From the NCBI RefSeq assembly GCF_003086415.1, contig NZ_QEFP02000003.1, positions 23,194-55,193 on the forward strand: a stretch of 32,000 nucleotides of DNA, read 5' to 3'. Under the pieces are notes generated by a model. That model made no database searches, was not told the DNA's origin, and saw only the letters and a list, made by a program, of their open reading frames with translations. Position numbers and translations under genes: made by a program. The DNA is from Candidatus Nanobsidianus stetteri. GTDB lineage: Archaea > Nanobdellota > Nanobdellia > Nanobdellales > Nanobdellaceae. Shown piece by piece: positions 7,742 through 15,630 of the stretch (the stretch's first letter is position 1; each line of letters starts with the position of its first letter).

Positions 7742-9755
7742 TCAGTTATATTTATATACAATTGTTGTATTATTATTAATTCTATTTTATTTTGTTTCTA
7801 ACTTAGATTTATTAGATAAAGAATTTCAATTTTATTCAGATACATATCCTCAATATGGAGAAATATATAAATTATTATATGGGAATGATATATTTGAAAA
7901 TATATTAAATTTGTATGGATCTACATTAATTCCATTTACTGTTTATTATAATTGTTCATATAATATTATACAGGTTCCAAATTATTTTAATTCAACACAT
8001 GTAATTGTAGTAGATAATGTTTATAATTTCTTACCTTCATATGCATCAAATAATTTTGTAGCATTTGAAATAATAAATAATTATTCTATAAGTTATTCTA
8101 ATACTGGATATTGTATATTTAATGGATATGAAGTATATAATCCATATTTTAATAATCAATTTGAAGGAACTGGTGATTTACCATATTATATTATATTTTA
8201 TCCACAGAATATTTTTACTATAAATGACAATTATTTAAATAATTTATATAATTTGGAAGGAAATGTGATTTTTCAATATTTAAATAATTATAGATGTATT
8301 GCTGGAGAAATAAAATCTTTAAGTGTTCAAAAAATTTTGAATGGAATTTCTGTGAGCTTTTTAAATATATCAAATGCTCAATTGAATAATAGCATAATAT
8401 CAGTAAATATAATTAATAATGATATATGTCCAATTGATTTAAATAAGATATATTATGATAATTATAATATACCATCATTTGGAAATAATTTTAATACATC
8501 TTCTAATAGTAGTTTAATTTATCCAGGTCAGCAAATTGTTGGATATTATCAGTATAATAATGATGATTTATATTTCTGTTTAGAATCTTTGGGTAATGAA
8601 ATATGTACACCAATTAATAATTTATCAATACAATATTATGTTCCAATAACATTATATAATACTCAATCTATTCCAACTCCAGAACCTTTCCAACAAGATA
8701 TAGCAATATGTAATGGAAGTGTAAATATTGGTCCTAATTTTGCATATGTAAATAATCCAACATTATTTAATCAAATAAATCCAAATGGACAAAATGTAAT
8801 GTTCTTTAATCCAAATAATGGGCAATTACTTTATTCATGGTATGAAGGTCAATTAATTAACGGTAATACATATTGTGATGTATGGTGGATTAATATACCA
8901 AACGGAATTCCTGCAAATAGTAATATTGTAATTTATATGGCAATTGGAAATTACAGTACAAATTATTATTCTCAATATTATCCATATGTTGGTGCGTCTC
9001 CTCAAGTAATTTCTGGATATGATAATGGTAATTATACATTTATAGCATATGGATATTTTAATAATACATTTGATGGGTGGAATAAATATATATATGGTGG
9101 ATCTTTTTCTCCAACAGCAACTCCTTACGGTATTGAAATGTTAAATGATACTGGTGGAGAGGGTACATATATTTTACCTCCAAATAATGGAAATATTCCA
9201 GAAATACCTTTAATTGTTGAAGAAGCTTGGTATTACACTCAAGGCGCAGATGCAAATGTAATAGCATTATTTGGAAATACAAATCAACAAATAGGTGCTG
9301 GTGGTGGTACTGCACCTACATCTAGTTCATCTACGTTTGTACAATATGAATATTATTCTGGTTATCCAGGAACATATTTAAAATCTGCAAATACGGGTGG
9401 GTATAGTATATTAAATCAGACATATTTCCCAACATCTGGAGGAACATTTTATTCATATTTAATTGTTAGTTCATCTTACGTACAAGCAGGATATTATAAC
9501 TATAGTTCTAGTCAAATATGGGCTCCATTAACATTATTAAATATGTATCCTTTATCATATAATTCAAATTATGGAAATTATACATATGCTAATTTAAATT
9601 ATAATCCTTATCAATATCCAACATTAGAAATTGGTGCAGGAGATGGTGGAGTTGCTTCATATCAATATATTGAATGGGTAGTAGCAAGAGAATATCCTCC
9701 AAATGGTGTAATGCCTTCAATTTATACAGGATCTGAAAATTCCTGGCCACCTTAA
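7731..9755 (+). CDS. Large secreted/surface glycoprotein with prepilin-like N-terminus and DUF2341-like plus lectin-like C-terminal region
   Basis: Overlaps the upstream gene by 11 nt. N-terminus is MARS followed by QLYLYTIVVLLLILFYFV. The DUF2341 pattern is YYVPITLYNTQSIPTPEPFQQ ... NVMFFNPNNGQLLYSWYEG ... DVWWINIPNGIPANSNIVIYMAIGN. C-terminus is YIEWVVAREYPPNGVMPS. Confidence 0.65.
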   Translation: MARSQLYLYTIVVLLLILFYFVSNLDLLDKEFQFYSDTYPQYGEIYKLLYGNDIFENILNLYGSTLIPFTVYYNCSYNIIQVPNYFNSTHVIVVDNVYNFLPSYASNNFVAFEIINNYSISYSNTGYCIFNGYEVYNPYFNNQFEGTGDLPYYIIFYPQNIFTINDNYLNNLYNLEGNVIFQYLNNYRCIAGEIKSLSVQKILNGISVSFLNISNAQLNNSIISVNIINNDICPIDLNKIYYDNYNIPSFGNNFNTSSNSSLIYPGQQIVGYYQYNNDDLYFCLESLGNEICTPINNLSIQYYVPITLYNTQSIPTPEPFQQDIAICNGSVNIGPNFAYVNNPTLFNQINPNGQNVMFFNPNNGQLLYSWYEGQLINGNTYCDVWWINIPNGIPANSNIVIYMAIGNYSTNYYSQYYPYVGASPQVISGYDNGNYTFIAYGYFNNTFDGWNKYIYGGSFSPTATPYGIEMLNDTGGEGTYILPPNNGNIPEIPLIVEEAWYYTQGADANVIALFGNTNQQIGAGGGTAPTSSSSTFVQYEYYSGYPGTYLKSANTGGYSILNQTYFPTSGGTFYSYLIVSSSYVQAGYYNYSSSQIWAPLTLLNMYPLSYNSNYGNYTYANLNYNPYQYPTLEIGAGDGGVASYQYIEWVVAREYPPNGVMPSIYTGSENSWPP

Positions 9756-10474
9756 TATTCTCTACAATCTTGATATGGATAAGAAATTATATAAAATCCT
9801 TTTGTAAAATAATCTTTTCTCTTTGCTAATCTTATCCTAATTATTTGTTCCCTAAATATTTTATTTAAATAATTTAAACTATAATAAATTCCTAAGACTT
9901 TATAAAAAGAATATATATGATATCTATTTGGAACTTCATTTTTATTTTCAGCAAAGGATCCTATAAGAATATTTAAATATTTCTTTTGAGCAAATTCTAG
10001 AAATTTTTTAGTTGTATAAAATTTTTCTATATCATTAATTAAATTTTTCATTGAAAAAAGAATTGATAAATTGTTTTCTTTTATTCTTTTAATATTTACA
10101 TAATTTAATCCTCCAAAAGTATATTTTTTATCATATTTAATTGGATCAAATATTCCATTTAAAAAATATTTATTTAAAATCTTATCATTATAATTTAAAT
10201 TTCTTCCAACAATAAATACTAAGTCATTATAATATTTATCAGAATAAAATAATTCATTTGCAATTTCTAAAGATTTTTTGAAATCTTCATTATTTATTAA
10301 TGCACAATAAAATATGTTTAATTTTTTATAATATAAAATATTATTTAATTTAAAATATTTTAAATCATTTTTATCAAAGATTTCATAGCAAAAAACAACA
10401 TTTTTTATCTTATTTTTATAATATTCATTTGCTAATTCTTCTTCATTATTATCTGGTAAACAGAAATCATACAT
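9752..10474 (-). CDS. rnp3: RNase P protein component 3 (Rpp30)-like protein
   Basis: 240 aa. The segments GIFDPIKYDKKYTFGGLNYVNIKRIKENNLSILFSMKNLIN and KKYLNILIGSFAENKNEVPNRYHIYSFYKVLG align from memory with the Rpp30 blocks (..GIDHVLA..N.VA.E.NF..LL and ..VISS.AENK....P.DL..F...LG). Sequence is divergent. Confidence 0.5.
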   Translation of the reverse strand: MYDFCLPDNNEEELANEYYKNKIKNVVFCYEIFDKNDLKYFKLNNILYYKKLNIFYCALINNEDFKKSLEIANELFYSDKYYNDLVFIVGRNLNYNDKILNKYFLNGIFDPIKYDKKYTFGGLNYVNIKRIKENNLSILFSMKNLINDIEKFYTTKKFLEFAQKKYLNILIGSFAENKNEVPNRYHIYSFYKVLGIYYSLNYLNKIFREQIIRIRLAKRKDYFTKGFYIISYPYQDCREY

Positions 10475-10483
10475 AAAAAATAT

Positions 10484-10666
10484 TTATCCCTTAACCTTAT
10501 TTATATTTTCAAGTTTCTGATACTCATTCCAAAAATATTCTAGATCTTTATTTATCAATTGTGCAGGACCCTGGTATCCACAATCTAAGCATACCCAACT
10601 ATTATCTTTTGCAAATAATGGTACTATATTTGTTGAATGACATCTTGGGCATATGTATGTTGCCAT
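10484..10666 (-). CDS. Small zinc-ribbon protein
   Basis: 60 aa with CPRC...CLDC (CxxC-17-CxxC). It lies 9 nt upstream of the Rpp30-like gene on the same strand. Confidence 0.55.
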   Translation of the reverse strand: MATYICPRCHSTNIVPLFAKDNSWVCLDCGYQGPAQLINKDLEYFWNEYQKLENINKVKG

Positions 10667-10727
10667 ATGGTATTATGAAATTTTGTTATATTTAAGCTAT
10701 TCTTAAATAATATTGCTAATCAATAAT

Positions 10728-11453
10728 CTAAAATAATATTGATTTATATCTACCTCTAGATTCTACAACTTTTAACCTATGAAAAACTTCTTCATACTTT
10801 TCTAGAAAACTTTCTTTATATCCTTCTAATATTAAAGAAAATTTATCAGAAATCCTCCAATGATTAGATTCAAATAATTCTTTAAATAAATGTAAATCTA
10901 CAGCATAATCTTCAATTCTATTGGAAAAGAAGCTTAATCCAAAATCAATAAAATATATTTTTCCGTTATTATATATCATATTTCCAGTAGTTAAATCCCC
11001 ATGAACAATTTTATTTTTATGAATTAATCCAATATATTTTCCTATATTATATAATATTTCTTCATAATTTAGTTTTTCTAAATATTTTGCTAAATTATAT
11101 CCTTCAATATATTCCATTACAATAATCCCATTTTCTTCATTTTTATATAATAATTTTGGTACATTAATATAATTATATAATTTTTCCAATATTTTTGCCT
11201 CAATTCTAGTTCTATATTTTCTAAATTCTTTATCAATTAATTCATTTCTATATTTTTTCTTATATCTATATTTTAATACTATTTTATTTTTATCATTTTC
11301 AATTTTAAATTCTTCAGAATCAATTCCCAATTTATTTAAAAAATCTTTATTAAATTCAAATATATATTTATTATTATCTTTTTTATCACTTTCAATTAAA
11401 TATATTTTTGCTTCCGCTCCATGTCCAATCAATTTATATTCCATTTTAAACAT
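10728..11453 (-). CDS. bud32: Bud32/PRPK-type atypical kinase (KEOPS subunit)
   Basis: Glycine loop is IGHGAEAKIYL. Catalytic loop is HGDLTTGNMIY. The DFG equivalent is IYFIDFGLS. EDYAVDLHLF is typical of archaeal Bud32. Confidence 0.8.
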   Translation of the reverse strand: MFKMEYKLIGHGAEAKIYLIESDKKDNNKYIFEFNKDFLNKLGIDSEEFKIENDKNKIVLKYRYKKKYRNELIDKEFRKYRTRIEAKILEKLYNYINVPKLLYKNEENGIIVMEYIEGYNLAKYLEKLNYEEILYNIGKYIGLIHKNKIVHGDLTTGNMIYNNGKIYFIDFGLSFFSNRIEDYAVDLHLFKELFESNHWRISDKFSLILEGYKESFLEKYEEVFHRLKVVESRGRYKSILF

Positions 11454-12192
11454 TTAATTTTTCTTTATATTTTTCAAATTCTTCTAAAAATTCTTTTAAT
11501 AAATCTAGATCAATATTCTTAACTTCTCTATGCTCTATTTTCTTCATATATTCATAAACTTCCTTATAATAATTATAAACTTCAGAAGAAATTTTTCTTT
11601 TTCTCTTTAATTCCTCAAATTTTTTTAATATATCTTCTGGACCATATATATTTATATTATTTTTAATTAAATAATATTGAGAAATTGTTACAACTGAATT
11701 ATATAAACTTTCAAATGCCTTTATTAACATTAAATTAGCATAATTTATTCCTTCTTCAGCTCTTTTTTTCATTATTTCTAAATATTCTGGTGATGTTTTT
11801 ATTAACCCATTTTCTAGCATTTTTTTAAGGGAACCAAAAATTCCTGCAGGATCTATTATTGGTTCACCCTTTCTTAATATATCTAAAACTAATGGATCTC
11901 CATTTAGTATCATTTCCCAAAATTTTGATAATGTTAATGTTGTTACATGGATTTTTTTATATTTTTCATCTGCTAATAGTTTATTTAGATTATCAAAATA
12001 GAAAGGAACTGTTATATTTAGATCATTTGCATATATATCATCTACTATTATTAATAAATCAATATCAGATTTTTCACTTTCTTTATTTTCTGCATAAGAT
12101 CCAAATAAAACAATTGATTTTACCAATCCATCAACTTTTTCAATTAAATCTTTTGAAAAGTTCAATATTATATCATTAAAATTATTATCCAT
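11446..12192 (-). CDS. Minimal nucleotidyltransferase (Pol-beta superfamily) with helical, possibly HEPN-like, C-terminal domain
   Basis: The NTase motif is LFGSYAENKESEKSDIDLLIIVDD (GS...DxD). The C-terminal ~120 aa are helical, and I did not see an obvious Rx4-6H motif. The gene overlaps the bud32 start by 8 nt. Confidence 0.7.
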   Translation of the reverse strand: MDNNFNDIILNFSKDLIEKVDGLVKSIVLFGSYAENKESEKSDIDLLIIVDDIYANDLNITVPFYFDNLNKLLADEKYKKIHVTTLTLSKFWEMILNGDPLVLDILRKGEPIIDPAGIFGSLKKMLENGLIKTSPEYLEIMKKRAEEGINYANLMLIKAFESLYNSVVTISQYYLIKNNINIYGPEDILKKFEELKRKRKISSEVYNYYKEVYEYMKKIEHREVKNIDLDLLKEFLEEFEKYKEKLNV

Positions 12193-12201
12193 AAAGAATA
12201 T

Positions 12202-13602
12202 TTATTCTTGCAATTTTTTAATATTTCTAGTATGTAATTCCCTTATATCATTAATATTCAAATATATTGTTGCAAGTCTATCAACACCAAGACCCCATGC
12301 TAATACAGGATAGTCTATATTAAATTGTCTTAATAATTCTTCCCTAAATACACCTGCACCTCCAACTTCAATCCATCCCAATTTTGGATGTTCAGCATAT
12401 ACTTCAACTGAAGGTTCTGTAAATGGAAAATATGCTGGATAGAATTTTATATTTTTTGCTTTTACTACATTTAATACTAATTCTTTTAATATTCCCAATA
12501 AATCTAAAAATGTTAAATTATCATCTAAAACAATTCCTTCAAGTTGATTAAATTCAATAAAATGTTTAGCATCAATTGTATCATATCTAAATACTTTTTC
12601 TATTAAAAAATATTTACCAGGTTTTTCTGCATTTAATAATGTTCTTGCAGATATTGCAGTATCATGTGATATTAACATAGTTCTTTTTGAAATATTTTCA
12701 TCGAATACTCTAAAATATTTTAATTGTGTATTTTTAACATTTTCAAATAATTCTCTCGGAAAATCTTCTATATATTGTATATTTTTAATATAAAATGCAT
12801 CCATTATTGAAATATCTCCTGCAGGGTGATCCTGTGGTATAAATAAAGAATCCAGATCCCAAAAATGTGATATTATCATACTATATTTATCCATTTCTTT
12901 AAACCCCATTGATATTAGTTCTTCTCTTATTTTATCTAAAAATTCTAAATATGGATTATATCTTCCAATATTTTCTTCCTCAATATTTATTCTTATATCA
13001 TAGGGTCTGAATTTCTTATTTTTATATATTTTTTTATCAATAACTTCCTTGGTATATTTTTCAATATATTCTTCTGGTTTATAATTTTTCAATATTTCTT
13101 TTCCTTTATCATTTATTTTTGCATAATAAATTGTTTCTTCTTTTTCTTCAATAATTCCCTTTCTTCCTTTAAATAATTTTATTGTATTTTCATCAATATT
13201 TTCCAAATATTTTTCATATGTTTCTATATCTTTAATATATATTACTTTCCCATTTTCAATTTTTATTGCCCCATTTTTTCTTAAGAATCCCAAAGAAAAG
13301 GATAATTCATCTTTATCAAAATATTTATTTAATTCTTCTAAATTTATTTCTTTCTTTTCCTTTAATAAATTTAATAGTCTTCTTTCAGGTAATCCTTCCT
13401 TTAAATATTTTTTTCCAATTTCAGTTAATTCATATCTCTTTATTTTTTCTTCTCTTAATTCTATTAACCCTTTTTCTTTTAAAAATCCCAAAGTTCTTAA
13501 TACTTTATATTTATCAACATTTAATTCATTTGAAATCTCATCTAAACTTTTCCAATTATCATTTAATACAGATAATACTTTATATTCAATTTCAGATATC
13601 AT
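12202..13602 (-). CDS. pheS: Phenylalanyl-tRNA synthetase alpha subunit (archaeal/eukaryal type)
   Basis: Class II core motifs are VFRYDTIDAKHFIEFNQLEG, FPFTEPSVEVY and LAWGLGVDRLA. The N-terminus carries winged-helix repeats. Confidence 0.92.
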   Translation of the reverse strand: MISEIEYKVLSVLNDNWKSLDEISNELNVDKYKVLRTLGFLKEKGLIELREEKIKRYELTEIGKKYLKEGLPERRLLNLLKEKKEINLEELNKYFDKDELSFSLGFLRKNGAIKIENGKVIYIKDIETYEKYLENIDENTIKLFKGRKGIIEEKEETIYYAKINDKGKEILKNYKPEEYIEKYTKEVIDKKIYKNKKFRPYDIRINIEEENIGRYNPYLEFLDKIREELISMGFKEMDKYSMIISHFWDLDSLFIPQDHPAGDISIMDAFYIKNIQYIEDFPRELFENVKNTQLKYFRVFDENISKRTMLISHDTAISARTLLNAEKPGKYFLIEKVFRYDTIDAKHFIEFNQLEGIVLDDNLTFLDLLGILKELVLNVVKAKNIKFYPAYFPFTEPSVEVYAEHPKLGWIEVGGAGVFREELLRQFNIDYPVLAWGLGVDRLATIYLNINDIRELHTRNIKKLQE

Positions 13603-15250
13603 ATTTAATATATTTCATCAATTCTTTTATGCTTATTTCAAAACCAGTTAATGGATATTTTATACCCAATTTTTCTAATATATTTGGATCTATTTCTCCA
13701 ATCCATCCAATATTTTCATTATTTACAAATATATCTCCTTGTCTTCCGTCTATTAAAAATTTATGATTTGAATTTCTTATATCGAAATCAATTATTAATT
13801 CTTTAAATAATCTTTTTAATACTTTTAATGAATCATTTACGGAAACTTCATAATCAGAATAAATATATAATAAATCTAAATCTTCAATAATTTTATTATT
13901 TTTAATATATGAAATTCTATTTAGTTCAAATATTTTTGCAGGAAATTTTAATTCATTATTTTCAGATAATAATTGTAAGAATGATGATAATAAATATACT
14001 CTAATTGAATTATAAGATGAAGATACTGGATTTATTAATTCAATAATTTCTCTATCCTCATTTAATAAATTATTTATATCCTTATTAGATAGTATTGGAG
14101 TATATATTTCTATACACCCCATATTAACCATAATCTTTCTTATATTATTCATAATCTTCCTTTCCTTACTTAACCCTCCCTTTGTATATATTTTAATTTC
14201 TCTAGGTTTTAAATTATTATATCCATAAGAAATCAATATTTCTTCAATTATATCATATTCAGATAATATATCATTTCTATAATTTAAATATTCAATAATT
14301 AATTTATTATTTTCAATTTTTGCATTCATTCTTTTTCTATTTAAATATTCAACAATTTTATTATTATCTATTTCTATTCCCAAATATTTTTTAATTTTAT
14401 TTAAATCCATTTCCTTTTTAATAATTTTTAATTCTGGTGTTTTAATTTTTTTATCTGGATATATTACATTAATTGAATATATTTCTCCTCCAAAATCTTT
14501 TAATGTTAATACAATTACATTTAATGCTAATAATATTTTTTCTAAATCTGTACCAGAAACATCTATGAAAATATTCTTTGTATTAATATTTAATCTTCCA
14601 ATTTTATTTGAATTTATTATTGGTGGGAATGAAATAATATTATTATTCGAATCAATTAATATTGGATATTTATTATATTTATTTAAGATATATGAATATT
14701 TTTTACCAGCTTCTGTATTTTCTAAAATTTCTTTCAATGATAATTCTTTATTGAATCCCAAAGGAATAAATTTTGTTTCAGGATCCGTTAATTTATAATA
14801 AACAGGAAATTTAATTAGATCAAAATTATGTGTACCAATTGCAACTTTTTGTCTATTTCTTCCAAAAGATTGCGATATTTTTTCTTGTAATTGTATTAAA
14901 TCTTTTAATCTATCTTCATTTAATTCTACATTTTTAACAACTGCACCAACAATATAGGGTCTTACATTCAATATTTCTTTATCAACAATTAAATCATAAT
15001 TAGAATCTTTTATTTCAAATTTTGGAATACCTGTTTCAATATTTAATATTCCTTTTAATTCTCTTGCAATTCCAGTTATACTATATAGATCAATTCTATT
15101 AAAATCCTTTACTTCAATTTTTGCATTATTTCCTTCAATTTCATCTAATTCACATTTTATATTTAATAAATATTCATTTAATTCATCTTCAGATAAATTT
15201 TTATTTAATAGTTTATATAATTCATTTAAAGATACATCTAAAACAACCAT
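13592..15250 (-). CDS. pheT: Phenylalanyl-tRNA synthetase beta subunit (archaeal type)
   Basis: 552 aa with the archaeal PheT layout (B1/B3-4/B5-like regions and a class II-like C-terminus). It overlaps pheS by 11 nt and sits directly upstream of it. Confidence 0.88.
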   Translation of the reverse strand: MVVLDVSLNELYKLLNKNLSEDELNEYLLNIKCELDEIEGNNAKIEVKDFNRIDLYSITGIARELKGILNIETGIPKFEIKDSNYDLIVDKEILNVRPYIVGAVVKNVELNEDRLKDLIQLQEKISQSFGRNRQKVAIGTHNFDLIKFPVYYKLTDPETKFIPLGFNKELSLKEILENTEAGKKYSYILNKYNKYPILIDSNNNIISFPPIINSNKIGRLNINTKNIFIDVSGTDLEKILLALNVIVLTLKDFGGEIYSINVIYPDKKIKTPELKIIKKEMDLNKIKKYLGIEIDNNKIVEYLNRKRMNAKIENNKLIIEYLNYRNDILSEYDIIEEILISYGYNNLKPREIKIYTKGGLSKERKIMNNIRKIMVNMGCIEIYTPILSNKDINNLLNEDREIIELINPVSSSYNSIRVYLLSSFLQLLSENNELKFPAKIFELNRISYIKNNKIIEDLDLLYIYSDYEVSVNDSLKVLKRLFKELIIDFDIRNSNHKFLIDGRQGDIFVNNENIGWIGEIDPNILEKLGIKYPLTGFEISIKELMKYIKYDI

Positions 15251-15510
15251 TACACTTCAATTCCCAATTTCTTTAAAATTTCTTGTTCTTTATTTTTATT
15301 CTTTATATCTTTCTTAGAAATTCCCCTATACCTTGCACATGCAGGACAAATATATATTTTTATCGGACTCGATAAAATTAACGTCGGACTCTGTTCTCCA
15401 GAAACATCAGGCTTAAGTTTTGGTGAAATTGTTAGTTTAATTGCCTTATCCAATCTCACCATTCTGCCACAATAATAACAAGGTACATATTCGTACTTCT
15501 TATTCTTCAT
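15250..15510 (-). CDS. rps26e: 30S ribosomal protein eS26
   Basis: VPCYYCGRMVRLDKAIK ... IYICPACARYRGI matches the eS26 pattern C..C....DKAIK....Y.C..CA. A TAATG overlap links it to the pheT start. Confidence 0.7.
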   Translation of the reverse strand: MKNKKYEYVPCYYCGRMVRLDKAIKLTISPKLKPDVSGEQSPTLILSSPIKIYICPACARYRGISKKDIKNKNKEQEILKKLGIEV

Positions 15511-15630
15511 TGTTTTATATTATTTGATATTATCATATTAGCCATAAACGTATATTATTAGCATAAAATTTTTAATCTTAAATATTTAAAAGGATAAAAA
15601 TTTATTAATTTATAATGGCATATCGGTCAG

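Noticed and set aside
13266-13766. 166-aa plus-strand ORF antisense to the pheS/pheT junction
   Set aside because: It lies entirely inside two strongly supported aaRS genes on the opposite strand. The translation is an F/L/I/S-rich low-complexity mirror typical of antisense frames in AT-rich DNA.
15511-15630. Upstream ATG (ATGGCATATCGGTCAG) as an alternative serS start
   Set aside because: It is out of frame with the serS ORF (16-nt offset). The 120-nt gap is better explained as the divergent promoter region for rps26e and serS.
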